DNA from: Spizellomyces punctatus DAOM BR117
Taxonomy: Eukaryota
Direction: 5' to 3' (one strand)
Length of the DNA: 64,000 bases
Assembly: GCA_000182565.2 (NCBI GenBank)
Contig: KQ257452.1
Part shown: positions 1-9,617 of the stretch, one piece after another
Layout: the number at the start of each line of letters is the position of its first letter
Numbering within the stretch: the first letter of the stretch is position 1
The notes under the pieces: model-generated
Seen by the model: the letters and a program-made list of their open reading frames with translations, nothing else
Database searches by the model: none
What the model was told of the DNA's origin: nothing
Translations under genes and position numbers: made by a program

Positions 1-1841
1 TGGGGCTCCTGTTCCTGAGATAAACTGCTGTCATGATTGCCTCACCCCAGAACTTGGAGCTGAGTCCACTGTGGTGCAGCATGCACCTTCCCATTTCCAC
101 CAGCGTCCTGTTCATCCTCTCAGCAACACCATTCTGCTCTGGTGTGTAGGGGGTGCTGAATTGCTGCTGAATTCCCTTCTGCTTGCAGAATTTCTTGAAT
201 TCTTCGCCCACATACTTTCCCCCATTGTCTGATCTGAGAGTTTTGATCTTCTGTCCCATGAAGTTGGTTGCCCAGGCCTCAAACTCCTTGAATTTGCTGA
301 GAACCTCACTCTTCTCCTTCAGAAGATAAACTGCCATCATCCTTGACTTGTCATCAATGAATGTGACAAAGTACTTTGCCCCACCATGACTTGGTGTCTT
401 CATGGGCCCACACACATCACTGTGAACCACCCCCAGCAGTAGAGCAGCTCTAGCTGCTTCTCCCTTTGGAAAAGGGACGCCTGGTGATCTTTCCAATGGC
501 ACAGGCTTCACATGGTGATGTTTCTGTGTGACTCTTGACCTCCAGACCGCTTCCCAGCTGGTTCCTAGCCAAGATTTTGATGCTGTTGACGTTCAGGTGT
601 CCTAACCTGCGATGCCAGAGGTCCAAACTCATTCCAGAGGCTATGTTTGCATGTTCTCTTGCATGAAACATGTATAGACCGCCACCTAGAGTTCCCTGGA
701 TTGCTTCCTGGCCATCTGAAGTCTTGATACAGCATCCCTTGCTGCCAAACTCAACTTTGGCACCATTTTCAGTGGCTCTTCTTACTGAAAACAAGTTCTT
801 TTCAAGCTTGGGAACAAACCACATGTCTCTGAGGGTACAGAATCGGTTTCTGCCTGTCTCAAGTGTGATCTGGCCCTTCCCTATTGCCTGAACTGTTCTG
901 TTGTCTGCCAGATGGACTTGAATTGGTGACATCTCCATGTAATTGGTCATCCAATCCTTCCTGTGTGACATGTGCTGTGAGGCACCCGAGTCCACAATCC
1001 ACCAGACTGCTCCCTGAGAGGTTTTGGTGTCATCTCCCAACTGAGTAAAGAATAGGAACTCATTCTGAGTTGCCTGACTGGTGCTGGCTTGATTGGCTTG
1101 TTGTTTGGTGTCTGCCAGAAACTTCCTGCAGTCCTTCTTGAAGTGACCCTTCTTGTTGCAATAGAAGCACTTCCCTGCTATCTTCTTGGTCCCACCATGC
1201 TTGCCAACCTTCCGCCTGCCATCCCTGCTGAAAAAGGCCTTCCCTTTGCTATCTCCTTCACCCCCAGCTTCCTTCCTGCGTGTTTCTTCATGTAAAAGCT
1301 GTGATGTGAGGAATTCCAGAGTCAGAGAATCACTCCTGGCCTCCAAAGACACCACCAGCTGTTCATAACTCTCTGGTAGGCTGTAGAGTAGGGTGATGAC
1401 TTGGTCTTCTTCACTGACTGGCACCCCAATGGCCTCCAACTGCTGAGCCATTGTCCTGACCGTGTTTATGTGTCCCAACATGCCCCCAGTGCCATCTTCC
1501 ATCTTCAGAGTGAGAAATTTCCTCCTTAGATAGAGCCTACTGGCAATTCCCTTCCTTTGGTGGATGTCACTGAGCTTTAACCAGGCCTCTTTTGCAGTTA
1601 CAGTGGTCTGTACATGCATGAGTTGGGCATCACTCAGTGACAGAGCAATTACAGCCATTGCCTGCTCATCCCTTCTCCTCCAATCCTTCTCAGAGGTTCC
1701 CTCCATGCTCTCATCCCCCTCAATCACACCCCACAGTCCCTTTTCCTTTAGCAACATCGTTATTTTGAACTTCCAGAGGTGGTAGTTCTCGCCATTGAAC
1801 TCTTCCAGTGTGAGTTTGGTGTCCAAGTCCATGTTTGACAT
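1..1841 (-). pseudogene. copia gag-pol of family 1, frameshifted near 473
   Basis: ORF 450-1841 stops after RRPF. Removing one T at ~473 restores PKGEAARAALLLGVVHSDVCGPMKTPSHGGAKYFVTFIDD, which stays open to the window edge. Confidence 0.9.
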
Positions 1842-2008
1842 GTCTGAGCTGATTTGGTGAGTGGATTTGCTGTTGGGGAAGAGGTGAAATCATGCTGGTG
1901 TGGTAGGTGGTCCAAATATGAGGTTGGGAAGGAGATAGGTCCATCAGGAAGATGGTGTGGCCATCAGAAAAGAGATTTGAAGCAGGAAAATATCAGTGAT
2001 AGCTATCA

Positions 2009-2020
2009 GGGCTCATAACC
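2009..2020 (-). promoter_or_regulatory. Primer binding site GGTTATGAGCCC directly after the LTR
   Basis: Minus strand reads ...TTCAATA|GGTTATGAGCCC, closely resembling the PBS of Drosophila copia-type elements primed by an internal fragment of initiator tRNA-Met. Confidence 0.8.
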
Positions 2021-2532
2021 TATTGAACTTAGCGCTTGGAACACTGATTTCCCATGTAGAAATCACTTCTGAAAGGCCTAGTAATGCCTGTGGCCGCTAG
2101 TAAGACTTCTGGGTGCAGTAACTTGTGGGATAACACGCTTGTATTAATCCAGAGACGTGCAAAAGTCCCCTTTATATAACCCAGTACATTCTCCAGCCTC
2201 CCTCCGCCTTTGTTTACTGTTTACATGCTTCAGCCCACTTGTTTACATGCTCAGCCGTGCTCAGCAATGCTCAGCAGCTTCAGCCATGCCTTGGCAAACA
2301 TTACCTGAAGATCTAGATCATCACAAACCTTCCAGACCTTCTAAGAGCGCTTACATGATGATTTACCCCTTTAAATCATTCCCACACGCGTCTGTGATCA
2401 TTCTGATTACTCTATGTCCAATTCGCCACGTTGTAACTTAGCCAAATCAGATGTGAACTGTCTAATGACATCCCAGCATGATCTCACATGATTTATAGAT
2501 CATACAGCGTGGTTTAAGCCTGAATCTCAACA
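2021..2532 (-). repeat. 5' LTR of copia family 1 (512 bp, TGTTGAG...TTCAATA)
   Basis: Near-identical inverted copy at 4476-4988; contains a TATATAAAGG box; abuts the PBS. Confidence 0.93.
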
Positions 2533-4404
2533 GTAGGCATGCAGGGTATGGTTCCATAGCCTTCCAGCTTGCTTCAAACCATAGAGACCTTTCTTCAACA
2601 AGCAAACAAACTTGTCTGGTGGGTGCTCTGTTGAAATTCCTAGGGGTTGCTCCACATACCACTCTGAATTGACCTTGCCATTCAGAAATGCTATTGCAAC
2701 ATCCATTTGATCCAATAAAAGCCCATGCTTTGCTGCCAGGGCAAAGATCAGTTGCAGAGCAGGGAAGGAGATGATGGGTGAAAAGGTCTCATCATAGTCC
2801 AATCCATGGATTTGACTGTACCCTTTGGCTACAAATCTTGCTTTATGCCTTTCTACAGTGCCATCAGTCTTCCACTTTATTTTATAGACCCATTTGTGGC
2901 CAATTACAGGCCTTCCAGAGGGTCTGGGGATGATTTCCCATGTCCCATTTTTGACCAGTGATGCATATTCAGCCTCCATGGCTTGCATCCAGGCTTCTTT
3001 CTGGGGTGATTGCAGCGTGCCATTAAGTGTTTTTGGGTCTTCATGGCTGAAACCTTCTTGCTGCATCTCCAGATCTGTGGTGGTGGTGGTGGGGGGTCCT
3101 GAGGGCATTCCTAGGTGTGCATGGAAGGCCTCAACATCATTGTTTTCTCCTTCCAAATCACTGGGGAAATGCTGCTGTTCCCAGAGGTCAAGTGCAACAG
3201 TGTCCTTGACATGCTCCAATGGCTCCCAAGTACTCTCAGTTCTGGGGTAACCCTTCCATTTGACAAGGTAGTATGTCTTGTCACCTTGTTTATCCTCAGC
3301 AAGGATCTCCTCCACAGGGAACTCCTGCTCTTCTTCTTCCAGAAGTGAACCCATCAGTTCAGAGCATGCATCAGATTGCCCTTTAACTGCCTCATCAAAT
3401 GCCACATCCCTAGACTCCAACATAGTGTCATTCTGGGGATTCCACAGTCAATAACATCATGAATTTTGCCCATAACCAACCAGAATCAACTTTGCTGATG
3501 TGGGATCCAGTTTCCCTCGTAGTGGCTTCAGTATTTGCATGTAGGCAATGCATCCAATTGCTCTCAGATGGTCTACATTAGGGTGTGCCCCTGTCAAGGC
3601 CTCAGAGGGGGTAATCTTCCTCTCCAGCAGCACCTTGGTCGGGCTCAAATTCCTCAAATAATTGGCAGATTCCCAGACTTCTGCCCACAGCTTCTGGGGG
3701 AGGTTATTCTCGTGCAGAATAGACCGAACCTTATCCTCCAGAGTCCTGTTCAATCTCTCAGCAGCTCCATTCTGCTGGGGAGTATAGTGCATCATAGTTT
3801 GGTGGGTGATGCCCTCAGATTTGAGGTAGGCATCAAACTGGTGGTTCACAAACTCACTGCTGCCATCAGTTCTGAATGCCTTGATCATCCTTTCAGTCAG
3901 ATTCTTGATCCAGGCCTTAAATTCCTTGAACTTTTCTAGGCACAATGTCACTGATTTCAAGTCAAGATAGAAGCATTTGCTGTATCTGCTTCCAAGATCC
4001 AAGAATGTGAGCACATATCTGGCTCCACCAAGTGATTTGGTGCATATTGGTTGACATATGTTGCTACATATGACCTCCAAAAGCTGGTAACTCTTCTTGG
4101 GTAATTCAGGAAAGGGCAATTGCATTTGTTTACCCTTCTGACATCCATCACAAAGCTGGTCTTCAACCACTGCTTTGCCATCAAAATTAAGACTATCAAC
4201 CATACTGGTGAGCATCTTCAAATTGCCATAACTTAAATGGCCTAACTGCCGATGCCACAGCTTCAGTTTCCCACTGTCCTGCTTCTCAGGGCGACCCAAA
4301 GCTTGGTCTTCATGCTGTACTTCAGCTCCCATTACTTGGGAGTCACAGCTCATGCTGCCAGGGTAAGCAGCAAACTTGTAAAGCTCCCCTTCTCTGTTTC
4401 CTGC
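2533..4404 (-). mobile_element. Ty1/copia family 2, inverted internal segment: GAG-pre-integrase, integrase, chromodomain, N-terminal half of RT (degenerate)
   Basis: LWHRQLGH...CDGC, RTDGSSEF, QQNGAAER, KLDP...LVGY, SRDVAFDE; then chromodomain FPVEEIL...YLVKWKGYPRTESTWEP; then copia RT (WMQAMEAEY...KARFVAKGYSQIHGLDYDETFSP...LYGLKQAGRLW). In-frame stops near 3450-3460. Confidence 0.93.
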
Positions 4405-4475
4405 TGTTGAGATTCAGGCTTAAACCATGCTGTATGATCTATAAATCATGTGAGATCATGCTCGGATGTCATTAG
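4405..4475 (+). repeat. 71-bp partial copy of the family-1 LTR 5' end, in tandem with a full LTR
   Basis: TGTTGAGATTCAGGC...GTCATTAG is repeated immediately from 4476. Confidence 0.9.
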
Positions 4476-4988
4476 TGTTGAGATTCAGGCTTAAACCACA
4501 CTGTATGATCTATAAATCATGTGAGATCATGCTGAAATGTCATTAGACAGTTCACATCTGATCTGGCTAAGTTACAACGTGGGGAATTGGACTTAGAGTA
4601 ATCAGAATGATCACAGACACGTGTGGGAATGATTTAAAGGGGTAAATCATCATGTAAGCACTCATAGAAGGTCTGGAAGGTTTGTGATGATCTAGATCTT
4701 CAGGTAATGTTTGCCAAGGCATGGCTGAAGCTGCTGAGCATTGCTGAGCACGGCTGAGCATGTAAACAAGTGGACTGAAGCATGTAAACAGTAAACAAAG
4801 GCGGAGGGAGGCTGGAGAATGTACTGGGTTATATAAAGGGGACTTTTGCACGTCTCTGGATTAATACAAGCATGTTATCCCACAAGTTACTGCACCCAGA
4901 AGTCTTACTAGTGGCCACAGGCATTACTAGGCCTTTCAGAAGTGATTTCTACACGGGAAATCAGTGTTCCAAGCGCTAAGTTTCAATA
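4476..4988 (+). repeat. Solo LTR of copia family 1
   Basis: Reverse complement of 2021-2532 with about a dozen differences seen by eye; no PBS follows; followed by CCTAC. Confidence 0.93.
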
Positions 4989-6134
4989 CCTACCTCCTCG
5001 AAAACAGCTTTAAACAGCTGGCACATGAGCCTTGTGTTTATATTTGGCAAGGGGAAGAGTTCCAGAAAGCCAAACCACATGAGAAAGATGAGTGCACAAA
5101 CATAAACAAATGGCTCATCATACTGGCAGTTTATGTCAATGATCTGGTTATTGCAACCAAGTCAAAAGAGGACATGAATTGGGTCAAAACAACATTATCA
5201 GCACAATTTAAGATGCAGGATCTTGGCCCTACCCACCATATCTTGGGTTTAAGGGTAATCAGAGATGAACTGTGCAGCACTCTTTCCCTGGATCAAGCAC
5301 ATTAGATTGGTGAAGTGCTCAGAAGATTCAAGATGGAAAACTCAAACCCAGTGTCAACCCCACTGGATACCTCTGTTCAATTTGAGGCTCTTGGGTCAAG
5401 GCAACCCATGGTAGATAAATTGAAGTACCACAGTGCAATAGGTGGCTTGATGTTTGCTGCAATTGCCTCTAGGCCTGACATCAGTACAGCAGTTGGGATA
5501 CTTGCTAGGCACTGTGAGGCACCTGGAAACATGCACTGGACAGGCATAAAGAGGATATTTTGGTACCTGCAAAAGACAGCAAGCTACGGGCTTGTTTATC
5601 AGCAAAACAGTGACCTATTCTGATGCAGATTGGGGTGGAGACCTCTCAGATAGGAAGTCAACCTCAGGATGGCTTCTCAAGCTATCAGGTCATGCTATTG
5701 CTTGGAAATCTTCAAAGCAGAGATGCATAGCACTCTCCACAGTTGAGACAGAGTATATTGCAGCATCAGATTGTGCACAAGAGGTTATTTGGATGAGAAA
5801 CCTCTTAGCAGAGCTCAGGTTTTTGGAAGTCAAACAAGGCCCTACTGTGCTCAAAATGGATAACAATGGTGTGATGGAACTGGCAAAGAACACCCTGATT
5901 TCACAATGGATGAAGCATATTGATATACACTATCATTTCCTCAGGGAACACATCCAGAGTGGTGAGATTTCAGTTTGAAGATGCCCCACTCAACAGATGA
6001 CTGCAGATGTTCTTACCAAGGCCATTCCTGCACCGAGGTTCACCCAGTGTTGTGCAGAACTTGGCATTCAATCACTGGACAACGTGACAAACAAAAGAGC
6101 CTAAGAATAGAATGGAATTTTGGGCAAGGGGAAG
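4989..6134 (+). mobile_element. Ty1/copia family 2, C-terminal RT + RNase H + polypurine tract (degenerate)
   Basis: EPCVY...LAVYVNDL (YVDDL motif), MQDLG, SRPDI, YSDADWGGD...RKSTSG, ALSTVETEY, KHIDIHYHF. Stops and frameshifts present. Purine tract GGGCAAGGGGAAG at 6122-6134. Confidence 0.93.
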
Positions 6135-6312
6135 TGTTGGAATTCATCAAAACACTTTCTTAGTTAGTTGCTTTATGCACCCAAAATTAGAGGTTGAAGT
6201 CAGGTTGTCATCATGTGATCTGTACTATACTTAGGACCCCATTTTTTCTCCACCTCTCAGGTGCACCCAGTCTAGTTGTAGGATAACACCTATTTCTCAA
6301 CTTTCCCCAACA
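6135..6312 (+). repeat. 3' LTR of copia family 2 (178 bp)
   Basis: Starts TGTTGG right after the PPT and ends CCAACA (6-bp terminal inverted repeat). No second copy in the window. Confidence 0.75.
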
Positions 6313-6862
6313 GAAAATAGTATAGTAGGTGGTTGTACAAGATACTGGCAAAACTGGGTTATCTATTGTAATAATAGGCAACCTAATGGGGCCAACTTCT
6401 AAAGGGCTTAAAACTTAAAGTCCAGGTGTTTTAGGTTTTAAGTATAGAATATTATATAGGAAAATAGGGTTACTTAGTTGCAAACAGAGCCTCCAACTAC
6501 TACTGGTAAGGTTTAACTATAGGTCTTCTGGCTTCAAATTTGGACTATACTGAAAAAGTGATACTCAGTATTTAACTAATTAGAGGCTACAATTAATTTA
6601 GTATTATTTATAATCTGCCCTGTATTTTTCTTTCAGTAATACAGCTCCTTTAAGCTACCTAGAGATAGTCTGCATGCTGGATCACACTGTAGCATGCCTC
6701 CTAGCTGGCTGGCTACCCAGCTCAAGTGTGCAGTATTATTATAATACAATATAATTACCCAGGAGCTGTTACCAGGTAGGCTGAGTTACTTTAGTGGTAT
6801 TTATATGAATGTCCATATCTCCTATTGCCCTACCAATTCATATACCACATGTGGTGACCACT
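6313..6862. other. AT/TpA-rich, CpG-free degenerate sequence (old repeat relic or eroded gene 3' region)
   Basis: No CG dinucleotide seen, many TA steps, no ORF. Confidence 0.55.
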
Positions 6863-9398
6863 TTATTTTGCCATGTCAGTTACCAAGGGGTCATAATAGG
6901 CAGGCATTCCCATATGCATATTTTCAATCTTCTGGTTCAGAGTAAGATTAGATGTTGTCCTAGACTTTAGTGGAGAGACCTCTTCTTGTGATGAGTGATC
7001 TGTGGCTGTCTCGGGAACAGGGTCGGGGTATGGTAGGTGCTTGTCTTCAACAGGCATATTTTCGACAGGCACATCAAATACAGCCGGTGGCAGTGGTGAC
7101 GGTGGTAGCGGAATCCCCACTATCGAAAAAAATTTGTGTAAGGCCCGCATGACCTAACCGATATACTGTCTGATGTACCTGCAAGTGATAAGGCTGATTC
7201 CACAGGGGGCACAATGAGTGGGCCGTCATGTTTATCTTCATCTGATCCGCCTGGATGCCATGTGAGGGTGACTCTCGAGAAAAATCACAATGCTTTACAA
7301 CTAACCAATAACAACTGGAGCGCTGGGCTCGCTATTTCTCGACCATCCAGTTTCGTTGGCGGCCTGCACCTGGAATATGTATATGCAATTCGTGTCGGCT
7401 TTGTTATACGTGTACGAGACGACATCATCTGGCCCATCATCACATGGTATCTCTAGACGACTTAAGATCGGAGCCGAGCTGTCTCCCACCTTGCGAAGAG
7501 GTGTTTTGATGATCGTAATCCCGTATGTGTGTATTTTTAAATTTTTCCCTCGCGGACACGTAAATGATACCAGAAGCGCCGAGGTTCCAAGTATCTGGAC
7601 TCGCAGATTGAATGGTACTGGGGGTGTGGAGCTCCCTGGGCTTGCAGGCAAACTTTCCTTTTGAGGGATTTCAGGTCTCTCTACGGAGGTAGTGGTATCA
7701 GCATCAGCCAGCATTTCTAACGGTAAGATCATTTTGATTGATCACACTCACTCAGTACAGCATAGGTTGGCGGAGTTGGTACCCCCTCCACATCCTGGTG
7801 TCCCGCAGCCAGTTGGAAGAAGTATATGGTTCCACTTAATAACCCCTCTAGCCGGAATGTTCGCACAGCAGATGGCAAGCAGTCACGAGAGGCCGTCGCA
7901 TCATCTGCAAAGACACATGTGGTCTCTGTTGGATTAAGCTCCGAATGCATGGCCTTGCTATAACCGTCCTGCGGGTGCATGATATCCACAGTACAAACGC
8001 CATTGATCATGGCAGAATCCGTTGAATACCGTAGCACGAGCCTAGAGAATACAGGGTCTCCATCGCCCCCCGCTGCCTCTTCAGGAATAGAGTAGGATAT
8101 ATCGACTGATGTTGCAGATACTGGCACTACCTTAGGTGGTTGCAGTTTTGGTAGCTTTGCTATTATGTTACCGTCAACGTTCCAAATACGTGAAATAATA
8201 AACAATCTGAGCTTCCTTACTGGCTATGAGTGCCTTTCGCTGAGAGTCTTGTACCTCCTTTTCTCGATGTTGACAAGCCTTACAGACGTTACTTTCAGGC
8301 TTCCTATGAACAGCGTTGTACCGGTAAATATAAAGAGACGAGATCTCTTTTTCCTTGTCCTGAAATTGAACGTCACAATGTGAGAAAATTACTACAAAGC
8401 CGTTCTACACCCGCACACATATACCTTGACAGCTTCTTCAAGGTGATGGTTCCTTTCCCCGTATTCTGAGTTGTCTTTCTCAAGAGAGTACACCCGAGAC
8501 CGTAGATGGCGATTGTCTATTGTCAGGTTTTTTTCAATCAGCTCAGCTCTCTTCACTGCATCCTGGAGAGAGCCATCAGACGGTGTAAAATACTGGTTTT
8601 CCAATGGAAACTTACCGCGGCAATCCTTTCCTGTTCAACTAATCTCCGATTCAATGAGTCTACTTCTCTGCTTAATTTCTCGCGTTCCCCAAGATTTCTA
8701 TCGGCAATAAGCGCTTCAAGACGGATGTTTTGATCTCTAAGGCGTCGCCTATCCTCGCTGATATGCCGAATTTCACGCGCATTTGCAGAGAGCTGAGTAA
8801 AGTAGATCTTCAGCTTGTGCTGCACAACGGAGATGCATTTAAGACGTTATGAATTGGTTCGTGAGTGCAAAGTTGGTCATATGGTGCTCGGGAACATACT
8901 CTCAGTCCAGCAAGCTCCTCACGCAGTGCTCTAATAACTCGCTCCTCACTCTGCCATTCCAGCTGTTCAATCTCCTTCTGCTGTCGACGTTCTATCTTTC
9001 CATCCATGGGCACTTTGCATTAGCGTGCATGCTAGTAAGCACAAATGACCTAGAGTTACCAGGTTCACCACCATCTTTACCTGTTTCAGTAGGGCATTTT
9101 CATGCTTGAGCCTTACTACTTCAGCGTCCTTCTCACGAAGCAAAGTCTGGACAGCTGCCAGATTTGAGGGCACAAAGCCGTGCTGTGGCTTGACAATTGA
9201 ACGGATAGTAGCAGGGGATTCATCACTGGAAGCTCGACACTTGAAGGAGGGTGGGGCTTTGTGATGGTGCGTTTCGACTCTCCGAGCAGATGCTTCATGG
9301 GATGTATTCAGCACGCGGGGAAGGAAGTAGGTGTTATGGTTGGGGTGTTGATTTTGCGGCGTTATTTGATTCTCAGAGAGGATCTCTACTGGTTCCAT
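6863..9398 (-). CDS. Lebercilin (LCA5)-like coiled-coil protein with two C-terminal fibronectin type III domains; multi-exon, start and end uncertain
   Basis: Exons give LKHENALLKQ/IERRQQKEIEQLE...RALREEL...LEALIADRNLGEREKL (lebercilin pattern), then PPKVVPVSATSVDISY...LEGLLSGTIYFFQLAA and PPVPFNLRVQ...YIFQVQAANETGWSRNSEPS (FN3). Confidence 0.7.
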
Positions 9399-9617
9399 CT
9401 TGCGCTCTTGTGGTGGAGTGGGAGACCGAGAGACATGGTCCCAATCGGAGCCTAGATTATGTAATGCTGGTCTTGTAGTCACGTGAGATTGAAGAATATG
9501 AGGTTCTCCTACCGACGTGTTGCCGCGATCTGCCTGCCATTGGAAGAGGATCAGTTGCAGTCCTGACACCTTCAGTTCAATATCAGTGCCGAGTATAATC
9601 CTTTAAGAGTACCCACC

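Larger units (their letters stand above)
1..2532 (-). mobile_element. Ty1/copia LTR retrotransposon, family 1: 5' LTR, PBS, gag-protease-integrase; continues off the left edge
   Basis: LTR 2021-2532, then PBS, then ORF with copia gag, zinc knuckle CFYCNKKGHFKKDC, protease WIVDSGASQHM, GAG-pre-integrase WHRRLGH...CEAC, and integrase core in a shifted frame (VHSDVCGP...RSDNGG...QNGVAER). Confidence 0.95.

Noticed and set aside
2157-4851. Twin 94-aa ORFs (2157-2441 + and 4567-4851 -)
   Set aside because: They are antisense readings of the two LTR copies, start at GTG and show no protein motif.
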